64,000 bases of DNA, taken from positions 3,072,001 through 3,136,000 of the forward strand of contig OZ220089.1 of assembly GCA_964291625.2 (NCBI GenBank). Reading direction: 5' to 3'. The position numbers were made by a program, and so were the translations under genes. Below are positions 34,945 through 42,622 of the stretch, piece after piece. The stretch comes from Candidatus Latescibacterota bacterium. GTDB taxonomy: Bacteria > Latescibacterota > UBA2968 > UBA8231. Within the stretch, counting starts at the first letter, position 1; every line of letters starts with the position of its first letter. Below the pieces are notes generated by a model. It was not told the DNA's origin. It did no database searches and saw only the letters and a program-made list of their open reading frames with translations.

Positions 34945-35922
34945 ATGGACGGAAAGATGAGATCGGCCAGACTGGTGGCGCCCCGGCGCTGGGAGCTGCT
35001 GGAGCAGGAGATCCCGGAGCCGCGGGAGGGGACGATGCTGGTGCACCTGCGGCGCACGGCGATCTGCGGCACCGACAAGCCCTGCTGGGTCGGCCTCGCC
35101 GACGACTACCCCCTGCCGCCGGGGACCAGCGGCCACGAGGCCATGGGCACGGTGGCGGCCTGTCCCTCGGGCCGCTACGCCGAGGGGGAGCAGGTCCTGC
35201 TCTACGGCTTCGACCGGCCCCTCTACCAGGAGTACTGCCTGGCCACCGACGACGGCGGCTGCATCCGCCTGCCGGCCGATGCCGAGCCGGAAGTGGTGCT
35301 CATGAGCCAGCTCTTCGGCACCGTGCTGCACGCCTTCTACAAGCTCGGAAACCTCATCGGCCAGGACGTGGTGGTCATCGGCCAGGGGCCGGTGGGCCAG
35401 CTATTCAACGCCGCCCTGCGCAACCTCGGCGCCCGCCGCATCATCGCCGTCGATCCCCTGGACCACCGCCGCGAGCTGGCCCCGACGATGGGAGCCACCC
35501 ACGCCCTGGCCCCGGGCGACGACCTGCGCGACCGGGTGCTGGCGATCACCGGCGGCGAGCTGCCCCACATGGCGGTCGAGGCGGTGGGCCTGGAGTCCAC
35601 CTTCCACCTGGCCGCCGACCTCGTGCGCCACCGGGGCACCATCCTCTACTTCGGCGTCCCCAACAAGGAAGAGGGCCGGGGGGTGATGTCGCTGAACTTC
35701 CTGAGGATGTTCGGCAACGAGACCCGCATCGTCACCACCGTGGGACCGGACCCCCACGCCGACTACGCCACCGCCCTCCAGTGGATCACCGAAGGCCGCA
35801 TCGACGTGCGCCCCATGATCACCCACGTCCTCCCCTTCGAGCGCATCCAGCAGGCCTTCGAGATCGCCTTCGAGGAGCCCGCCGCCCACGGGGCGGTGAA
35901 GGTGGTGCTCAGCTTCGAGTAG
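34945..35922 (+). CDS. Zinc-binding (MDR) alcohol dehydrogenase
   Basis: ICGTD, GHEAMG, IGQGPVG, ITHVLP, AVKVVL. Confidence 0.9.
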   Translation: MDGKMRSARLVAPRRWELLEQEIPEPREGTMLVHLRRTAICGTDKPCWVGLADDYPLPPGTSGHEAMGTVAACPSGRYAEGEQVLLYGFDRPLYQEYCLATDDGGCIRLPADAEPEVVLMSQLFGTVLHAFYKLGNLIGQDVVVIGQGPVGQLFNAALRNLGARRIIAVDPLDHRRELAPTMGATHALAPGDDLRDRVLAITGGELPHMAVEAVGLESTFHLAADLVRHRGTILYFGVPNKEEGRGVMSLNFLRMFGNETRIVTTVGPDPHADYATALQWITEGRIDVRPMITHVLPFERIQQAFEIAFEEPAAHGAVKVVLSFE

Positions 35923-35941
35923 GGGGTGTCCGGCCGGCTCT

Positions 35942-36463
35942 CTACAGAAACTCGTCCAGGCCGGCACTGAAGCCGGAGAGCGTCGGCGAGGACATGGTCT
36001 GACCCTGGCCGTAGATGCCCACCACTTCGAAGTCGCCGGCTCCCAGCCCCAGCACCGTCACCGTCCGAGCGTCCGGATCGACCAGCCAGTACTCCTTCAC
36101 GCCGTGTCGGGCGTACAGGGCCCGCTTGAGCGTGCGGTCCCGGCCGGCGGTGGCGGGCGACAGGATCTCGACGACCAGGTCCGGCGCCCCGAGGACGTTG
36201 TCGCCGCCGAGCAGCAGGTGGGCCCGCTCGTCGGACACGAACAGCAGGTCAGGCTGCACCACGTCGGTCTTCGACAGCACCACGTCGCAGGGGGCGGGAT
36301 AGACCTCGCCCAGGCCTTCCTGCTGCACGAATGCATGGAGCAGCGCTCCCAGCCTGATGCCGATCCTCTGGTGCCTCAGGTTGGGTACGGGGGCCGGGAT
36401 CAGCTCTCCGTCCAACAGCTCGAAGCGCTGGTCCTCCTTGACGGCGGGGTTGGGGGGGATCAT
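35942..36463 (-). CDS. Uma2 family PD-(D/E)xK endonuclease
   Basis: ELLDGEL, VQPDLLFV, PDLVVEILSP, YARHGVKEYWLVDP. Confidence 0.9.
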   Translation of the reverse strand: MIPPNPAVKEDQRFELLDGELIPAPVPNLRHQRIGIRLGALLHAFVQQEGLGEVYPAPCDVVLSKTDVVQPDLLFVSDERAHLLLGGDNVLGAPDLVVEILSPATAGRDRTLKRALYARHGVKEYWLVDPDARTVTVLGLGAGDFEVVGIYGQGQTMSSPTLSGFSAGLDEFL

Positions 36464-36599
36464 GGCCTTCTCCTCTCGTCAATCGCTGCAAAGCGATAGC
36501 GGGCCAAGTTCAAGGGGCCTCGATGAGGGATGGCCTGCCAAGGTGGTGCAGATGAGGCGCTCGAGGCCCCGTTCGGAGGTGTCGGTGGGCCCCGTGAGC

Positions 36600-37013
36600 C
36601 TACTGCTCTGCGAACGGGTTTATGACCCGGAGGCCATCGTAGTCCTGTTCCGAACTGAGGTCTTCGGAGTAGACCGCATCGCAGCCCAGGGCGCGTGCCG
36701 CCGCAAGAATGGCAGCGTCCCAGTAGGACAGCCGGAAGCGTTGGCTGATGGCTACCGCATCCCGAAAGAGGCTGAGCGTGACATCTTGGACCGGATTCAT
36801 CATGACCGGCCCCAGGAACTCCCAGGCATCGTCGTGAGTGAGCCGGCCGGGGCGAGTCGAGCGCGTTGCCTGGTGATAGAACTCCTGCAGGACTTGCACC
36901 GATACGGCAAGGTCTGAACCCGCGAGAAGCTCACGGGCGCGGTCCCGTTTGGCGGCCTCCTCAGGCAACCGGCTCGCCGCGTACAGCAGCACGTTGGTGT
37001 CGACGAGGCGCAC
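36600..37013 (-). CDS. vapC: PIN-domain toxin (VapC family)
   Basis: VDTNVLLY, VLQEF, SYWDAAI, YSEDL, INPF. Confidence 0.9.
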   Translation of the reverse strand: MRLVDTNVLLYAASRLPEEAAKRDRARELLAGSDLAVSVQVLQEFYHQATRSTRPGRLTHDDAWEFLGPVMMNPVQDVTLSLFRDAVAISQRFRLSYWDAAILAAARALGCDAVYSEDLSSEQDYDGLRVINPFAEQ

Positions 37014-37018
37014 CGCAG

Positions 37019-37324
37019 CTACCCGGTTGGCCGACGACGGCGTTCACGCTCCGCCTCTGTCCGCGCGCGGTTCCGGTCGTACAGCTCTTCGCGGGTGAGA
37101 TTGTCGGACATCCTCAGGCCGACGCCACGGGCATCGAAGTCCTGGAAGACTTGCCGCATCAGTTCGCGGCGACGCTCGGCCTCTTTCTCCGCGCTCTTGC
37201 TGCCGGACGCAAGGCTCTTCAGGAAGTCCCGCACCAAGGCAGAAACGGAGGTGTCCAACTCCGCTGCCCGGATGCGGGCGAGCCGATGGGTCTGTTCGTC
37301 GACGGACACGGTGATGTTCTTCAT
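37019..37324 (-). CDS. Ribbon-helix-helix antitoxin of a type II TA pair
   Basis: MKNITVSVD...TSVSALVRDFL, LTREELYDR; immediately upstream of the PIN toxin. Confidence 0.82.
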   Translation of the reverse strand: MKNITVSVDEQTHRLARIRAAELDTSVSALVRDFLKSLASGSKSAEKEAERRRELMRQVFQDFDARGVGLRMSDNLTREELYDRNRARTEAERERRRRPTG

Positions 37325-37490
37325 GAGTCACAGCCTCACAGTTTCTGTAAAGCACAAAAGTAGGTGCCCATGACCGATGGGCAACACCTGGGGGCGGTGG
37401 GGAGTTTTCTGGGATCGGCGCGTGGAGGTCCGGCGCTTCCTCGGCGTCTGGCGCTCTTGGTCCAACCGAGACGTTTGGCCTACGAGTCCC

Positions 37491-38435
37491 TTACGGCCTC
37501 TGCGCCCCGTTGGTCTCGACGTACACAGAGAACAGCGACTGCGAGCAGGTGATGAACAGCCGGTTCCTTTTCGCGCCGCCGAAGCAGAGGTTGGCGCAGG
37601 GCGCCGGCAGGTGGATCTGGCCGATCAGGGTGCCGTCGGGGGCAAAGCAGTGGATGCCGTCGTAGCCCTCGCCTCCCCAGCAGGCCCCCGACCACAGGTT
37701 GCCGTCCACATCGGTGCGGACCCCGTCCGACGAGCCGGGCTCCATGTCGGCGAAGACGCGCCCGTTGGCGAGGCGGTCGCCGTGGACGTCGAAGACGCGG
37801 ATGTGGGTGGGGTGTTCGGGCCCGTCGGAGCGACCGGTGTCGACGATGTAGAGGAGCGACTCGTCCGGGCTGAAGCAGAGGCCGTTGGGGCGCTGGAAGT
37901 CCCCGGCCACCACCGTCGCTTCGCCCGTATCCGGGTCGAGGCGGTACACGTTGGCGGCATTCTCGAACTCGTCCCGATGGCCCTCGTAGTCCATCAGGAT
38001 GCCGTACCCGGGGTCGGTGAACCAGATCGACCCATCGGACTTCACCACGATGTCGTTGGGGGCGTTCAGCGGCCGGCCCTCGAACCGGTCCATCAGCACG
38101 GTGATCGAACCGTCGTACTCGGTCCGCGTGACCCGGCGCGTGTCGTGCTCGCACGACAGCAATCGCCCCTGGAGATCGCGCGTGTTGCCGTTGGTGTTGT
38201 TGGATGGCTTGCGGAAGACCGAGACCTCCCCGGTCTCTTCCTCCCACTTGAGGATGCGGTTGTTGGGTATGTCGCTGAAGAGCAGGTAGCGGCCGTCGCC
38301 GAACCACACGGGGCCTTCGAGCCAGCGTCCGCCGGTCCAGAGCATCTCGAGGGCGGCGTTGGCCAGCTTGTAGCGCGCGAAGCGCTCGTCGAGCACCTCG
38401 ATGCGGCTGTCGGGATACCTCACGAGTTCCATCAT
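37491..38435 (-). CDS. SMP-30/gluconolactonase family protein
   Basis: LEGPVW, FSDIPNN, LNAPNDI, FTDPGYG, PNGLCFSPD, DGVRTDVDGN. Confidence 0.92.
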   Translation of the reverse strand: MMELVRYPDSRIEVLDERFARYKLANAALEMLWTGGRWLEGPVWFGDGRYLLFSDIPNNRILKWEEETGEVSVFRKPSNNTNGNTRDLQGRLLSCEHDTRRVTRTEYDGSITVLMDRFEGRPLNAPNDIVVKSDGSIWFTDPGYGILMDYEGHRDEFENAANVYRLDPDTGEATVVAGDFQRPNGLCFSPDESLLYIVDTGRSDGPEHPTHIRVFDVHGDRLANGRVFADMEPGSSDGVRTDVDGNLWSGACWGGEGYDGIHCFAPDGTLIGQIHLPAPCANLCFGGAKRNRLFITCSQSLFSVYVETNGAQRP

Positions 38436-39280
38436 TTGCGGCGGAACTTCTGCACCCGGTCGTGAAGGGTGGCGACTTCGCCGATGTAGAGGGAGCCTTC
38501 GTCGTCGACCCAGATGCTGTGGGGGGAGTCGGCGAACTGACCCGGGGCCGGGCCGTCCTCGCCCCAGCGGGCCAGCAGCCGCCCCTCCATGTCGAAGATG
38601 CTGATGCGGGAGTGGGCCTCCACTATGTAGACCGTATCGTCCGGGGTGATGAAGAGGTCCATCGGCATCACCAGGTCCGTCCACTCGTCCAGGTAGCGGC
38701 CCTCCGAGTCGAAGCGCTGGATGCGGTTGTTCTCGCGGTCGACGGCCCAGACGCGCTCGCCGCGGTCGACCCACAAGCTGTGGGGCAGGGCGAACTGGCC
38801 CGGACCGGTGCCCTCGGACCCCCATGAATGGAGCAGCTCTCCCGCCTCCGAGATGCGGTGGATGCGGTGCTGGCCGTAGCCGTCGGAGACGTACAGGTCC
38901 CCGGAAGGGCCGCGCATCGCCTTGGTGGGCTGGTTGAAGGGCTGGTCGGGCGCGCCCGGCACGCCCGGCGTGCCCCACGTGCGGACCACTTCCCCCCGCG
39001 GGCTGAAGCAGCGGATGGTGTGGTCGTCGGTGTCGGCCGCGTAGACCCGGTCCTCGCCGTCGACCCACAGGAGGTGGGGATTCCCCAGCAGGCCGGCTCC
39101 CCAGGTGTCGAGATAGGCCCCGTCACGGTCGTAGACCAGCAGGGCGGGGGGGTGACGGCGGCCGACGAAGACCCGGCCCCGGCTGTCGGCGGCCACTCCG
39201 GGCACGACGCCGCCCATGGAGCGGCCCCGGGGGCCAAGGCCCCAGTGTTCGACGACTTCGTACTCATGGGTAGAGCTCAT
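38432..39280 (-). CDS. NHL-repeat protein (PAL-like beta-propeller)
   Basis: FNQPT, YVSDGYG, GPGQFALPH, DRENNRIQ. Confidence 0.88.
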   Translation of the reverse strand: MSSTHEYEVVEHWGLGPRGRSMGGVVPGVAADSRGRVFVGRRHPPALLVYDRDGAYLDTWGAGLLGNPHLLWVDGEDRVYAADTDDHTIRCFSPRGEVVRTWGTPGVPGAPDQPFNQPTKAMRGPSGDLYVSDGYGQHRIHRISEAGELLHSWGSEGTGPGQFALPHSLWVDRGERVWAVDRENNRIQRFDSEGRYLDEWTDLVMPMDLFITPDDTVYIVEAHSRISIFDMEGRLLARWGEDGPAPGQFADSPHSIWVDDEGSLYIGEVATLHDRVQKFRRK

Positions 39281-39360
39281 GGGATTCCTTTGGGTGAGGG
39301 GGCGAGTGGCGGGCTATCTTGGTGATGCGGACAGCGGCCTGCAACAGGTGAGGAGAGAGC

Positions 39361-40167
39361 ATGAGACTGACAGATGATCATTTCCGGACGTTTCTGGAAC
39401 AGGGCTTCGTGGTGGTGGAGGACTTCTATCCGGAGGAACGCCGGGCCGAGATCGCCGAGGGCATCCGCCGGACCCTCCCTCCCTGGGAGGCGCTGGCCGA
39501 CGATCCGCCCGCAAATCGGATCCTGACGGACGACTTCCCCTACGCCGACATGCTCTTCAACGAGTTCATCATCGACTGGGACCTCATCGAGTTCGTGCAG
39601 CGGGCCCTCGACACCGAGGAGATCTTCTTCCGCTACGCCCACAACTGGGCGCGCTACCCCGACCCCGGGGCCGAGCAGCGGGGCCTGCACATCGACAATG
39701 GCAACAACTCGCTCCTGCCGCCCACGTCCGACCGGCGCTACGCGCAGATCAGCACCTGGTACTTCCCCGAAGCGGTGGACGAGAACCAGGCCCCCATGCG
39801 GATCGTGCCCAAGGCCCATGGAAAGGACCTGAGCAAGCGGGTCCTGCTGACCGTGCCGGCGGGTACCCTCATGATCTTCCACACCCACCTCTGGCACTCG
39901 GCGACCGTCTTCAGGGGCAGCGAAGGGCAGCGCTATTCGGTCACGCGGATCTACGGCCGCGCCGACCACTACTGGGAGGGGGTGAGCAGCTTCACCAACC
40001 TGGGGATGAACGAGCACTTCCGGGCCTTCATCGGCCGGCTCCCGGCGCGCGAGCGGGAGCTGTTCCGCTTTCCGCCCCCCGGCCACGAGTACTACACCCG
40101 GGAGACGCTGGCCCGCCTCGAGGAGCAGTATCCGGGCTGGAATGCGCGGGGCGAGTACGACTCGTGA
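39361..40167 (+). CDS. PhyH-family dioxygenase
   Basis: FLEQGFVVVE, LHID, PAGTLMIF, LWHSA. Confidence 0.82.
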   Translation: MRLTDDHFRTFLEQGFVVVEDFYPEERRAEIAEGIRRTLPPWEALADDPPANRILTDDFPYADMLFNEFIIDWDLIEFVQRALDTEEIFFRYAHNWARYPDPGAEQRGLHIDNGNNSLLPPTSDRRYAQISTWYFPEAVDENQAPMRIVPKAHGKDLSKRVLLTVPAGTLMIFHTHLWHSATVFRGSEGQRYSVTRIYGRADHYWEGVSSFTNLGMNEHFRAFIGRLPARERELFRFPPPGHEYYTRETLARLEEQYPGWNARGEYDS

Positions 40168-40182
40168 GAGCCCACGGCCCCG

Positions 40183-40584
40183 TCACTCCTCCACGTGGCT
40201 CAGCACGAGGTCCCGCAGGGTCACCATGCCGAGGGGGGCGCGCTCGGCATCGATGACCACGGCGCGGGAGAGCTCGAAGCGCACGAGCATGCGCACCGCG
40301 TAGCGGGCGAGCATGCCCGCCGGCAGGGTGAGGACCGGCTTCGACATGATCTCGTAGACGTTGACCCGCTCGGGGGCGCGGTTCCTGGCGATCACCTCGC
40401 GGGCGATGTCCGCCACCACCAGCAGGCCGTACTCGTCGTCGTCGTCGCGCCGGTCGACGGCCAGCGAGCTGACCTCGTGACGCTTCATGAGGTCCATGGC
40501 GTCGGCCACGGTGGCCAGCCTGTCTATGGTGTAGAGCGTGGAGCCCATCAGGTCTCCAACCCGGATGATGCGGTTCTCGCTCAT
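40183..40584 (-). CDS. CBS domain protein
   Basis: VGDLM, ATVADAMDLM, VYEIMSKP, GMVTLRDL. Confidence 0.88.
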   Translation of the reverse strand: MSENRIIRVGDLMGSTLYTIDRLATVADAMDLMKRHEVSSLAVDRRDDDDEYGLLVVADIAREVIARNRAPERVNVYEIMSKPVLTLPAGMLARYAVRMLVRFELSRAVVIDAERAPLGMVTLRDLVLSHVEE

Positions 40585-40586
40585 GG

Positions 40587-40931
40587 CTAGTCCTCCACTT
40601 CTTCGAGGATCGTGGGGAGTTGGGTGGTGAGGCCGACGGCGTCCTCGATCGGGACCTGGAACGCAATGCCGGCGCCGGGCTCCTCCTCGAAGCGGCCGGC
40701 ATCGCGGATGCGCTCCAGAATGTCGCGCGCCCGCGTCTCGACCACCAGGAAGAGGACGACGTCGCGACGGGCCGCAAGGTCGAGACCGAAGAAGGTCTTC
40801 TGCGGCTTCAACCCTTCGCCGCGCACGCCGGTGAAGATCGTGGCGCCCGTCGCCCCGCCGGTGCGGGCGGCATCGACCACGGTATCGGTCTTTTCGTCGC
40901 TCACCAGGGCGACGATCAGCTTCAGTTGCAT
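40587..40931 (-). CDS. P-II-like regulatory protein
   Basis: KLIVALV, GATGATI, GEG, GAGIAFQVPIEDAVGL. Confidence 0.85.
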   Translation of the reverse strand: MQLKLIVALVSDEKTDTVVDAARTGGATGATIFTGVRGEGLKPQKTFFGLDLAARRDVVLFLVVETRARDILERIRDAGRFEEEPGAGIAFQVPIEDAVGLTTQLPTILEEVED

Positions 40932-40934
40932 GGC

Positions 40935-41720
40935 TCAACTCTCCTCGGAAGGGTTGGCGTCTCGCCCGCGGCCCACCCGGGCCACGACCATGGCATAGCC
41001 CAGCACGGACATGATGGGAAAGACGCTGGCGAAGGCGATGAGGCCGAAGCCGTCGATGAGCGGGCTGCGCCCGGGAACGGTGGCGGCGAGCCCCAGACCC
41101 AGCGCCGCGACGACCGGCACGGTGACGGTCGACGTGGTGACGCCGCCGCTGTCGTAGGCGAGGGGCACGATGGTCCGGCTGGAGCGAAAGGTCTGGGCGA
41201 TCACGACGACATAGGCGGCGATGATGTACCAGGGCAGGGGAGTGCCGGTGACGATGCGAAAGCAGCCCAGGGCCACCCCCGCGGCCACGCCGAAGGCCAC
41301 GGCGATCCTCAGGCCCCAGGCGTGGATGGCGCCGCCGGAGATCTCCTCGGCCTTGAGGGCGACGGCGATAAGGGAGGGCTCGGCCACGGTCGTGGCGAAG
41401 CCGATCGCCGCGGCGAAGGCGTAGACCAGCAGGTAGTCGTACCAGTCGACCCCGTCGGCCAGATTCTCCGTCCCGATCGTCTCGGGGGCGGTGAGCTGGC
41501 GGGCCATGGTCTCGCCGATGGGGAAGAGGGCCTCCTCCAGGCCGATCAGGAACAGCGTGAGACCCAGCAGGACGAAGACGAACCCGGCCGCGATCCGCCG
41601 CAGGTTCGGCAGGCTGCGGCGCAGGACCGCCACCTGGAACAGGACGAGGACGACGACGATGGGCGCCACGTCGAGGGCGGTGGACCCCGCGGTGGCCACG
41701 ATGGTGTGCAGGAACTCCAC
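40935..41720 (-). CDS. DUF1538 membrane protein
   Basis: [32 protein letters not shown]. Confidence 0.88.
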   Translation of the reverse strand: MEFLHTIVATAGSTALDVAPIVVVLVLFQVAVLRRSLPNLRRIAAGFVFVLLGLTLFLIGLEEALFPIGETMARQLTAPETIGTENLADGVDWYDYLLVYAFAAAIGFATTVAEPSLIAVALKAEEISGGAIHAWGLRIAVAFGVAAGVALGCFRIVTGTPLPWYIIAAYVVVIAQTFRSSRTIVPLAYDSGGVTTSTVTVPVVAALGLGLAATVPGRSPLIDGFGLIAFASVFPIMSVLGYAMVVARVGRGRDANPSEES

Positions 41721-42505
41721 TAGACGATCATGCCGTAGGCGAGGACGAAGATCATCGGCGTCAGGCTGGCGAAGGCGATGAGGCCGAAGCCGTCGACCAT
41801 CGGGTTGCGCCCCCGGATGGAGGTGGCGAGGCCGACGCCCAGGGCGGTGACGAGAGGCACCGTGATCGTGCTGGTGGTGACGCCGCCGGAGTCGTAGGCC
41901 ACGCCGATGATCTCCGGCGGCGCGAAGGCGGTCATGGCGGTGACCAGCACGTAGCCGCCGATGATCAGCCGGTGGATCGGCCAGCCCTTGAGGATGCGCA
42001 GCACGCCGAGGACGATCGCCGCGCCCACCGAGAAGGCGACCACCATGCGCAGGTTGAAGGCGTACGAGGCGCGCGCCTCGTCGTCGCCGGCGATGGCGCC
42101 GGCTTCGGCGGCGACCTCGGCCGCTTCCGCGGCCACGGCGATCAGGGCGGGCTCGGCGACGGTGGTGCCGAAGCCCAGGCAGAAGGCGAAGGCCAGGAGC
42201 GCGGCGGCGCTGCCCTTGCGGGCGAAGGCCTGGGCGATCGCCTCGCCGAGGGGGAAGAGACCGCTCTCGAGCCCCTGGATGAACAGGGTCAGGCCGGCGA
42301 TCACGCAGACCAGGCCGAGGGCGACGCGCCCGAGGTTCGGAAAGGGCTGCTGCAGCACCACGATCTGGAAGAAGGCGATGACGAGGATGATCGGCGCCAG
42401 ATCGCGGAGGGCGTCGACGATCCGCCGCAGGATGCCGCCCAGGGCCCGGGTCAAGGCCGTCCCCCGGGGGCCGCGGAGAGGACTGGAGCTTCCCGGCCCC
42501 GCCAT
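41720..42505 (-). CDS. DUF1538 membrane protein (start may be TTG 42454)
   Basis: [32 protein letters not shown]. Confidence 0.85.
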   Translation of the reverse strand: MAGPGSSSPLRGPRGTALTRALGGILRRIVDALRDLAPIILVIAFFQIVVLQQPFPNLGRVALGLVCVIAGLTLFIQGLESGLFPLGEAIAQAFARKGSAAALLAFAFCLGFGTTVAEPALIAVAAEAAEVAAEAGAIAGDDEARASYAFNLRMVVAFSVGAAIVLGVLRILKGWPIHRLIIGGYVLVTAMTAFAPPEIIGVAYDSGGVTTSTITVPLVTALGVGLATSIRGRNPMVDGFGLIAFASLTPMIFVLAYGMIV

Positions 42506-42622
42506 ACGGGAATCCCGCCGATCGGTCCGGCGGTGGTCTGGCGAGGGCAGGACATGGGCAGGATTAACGGGATTGTGGCTGATTCCGAAAAGGGTTGCAT
42601 GCGGTCGGGAAGGGGTTGCCTG

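Noticed and set aside
35943-37349. 10-bp inverted repeat (tacagaaact / agtttctgta) bracketing the Uma2-vapBC block as transposon ends
   Set aside because: Too short to exclude chance; one copy is within the Uma2 coding end, the other is probably part of the TA operator; no target duplication or transposase
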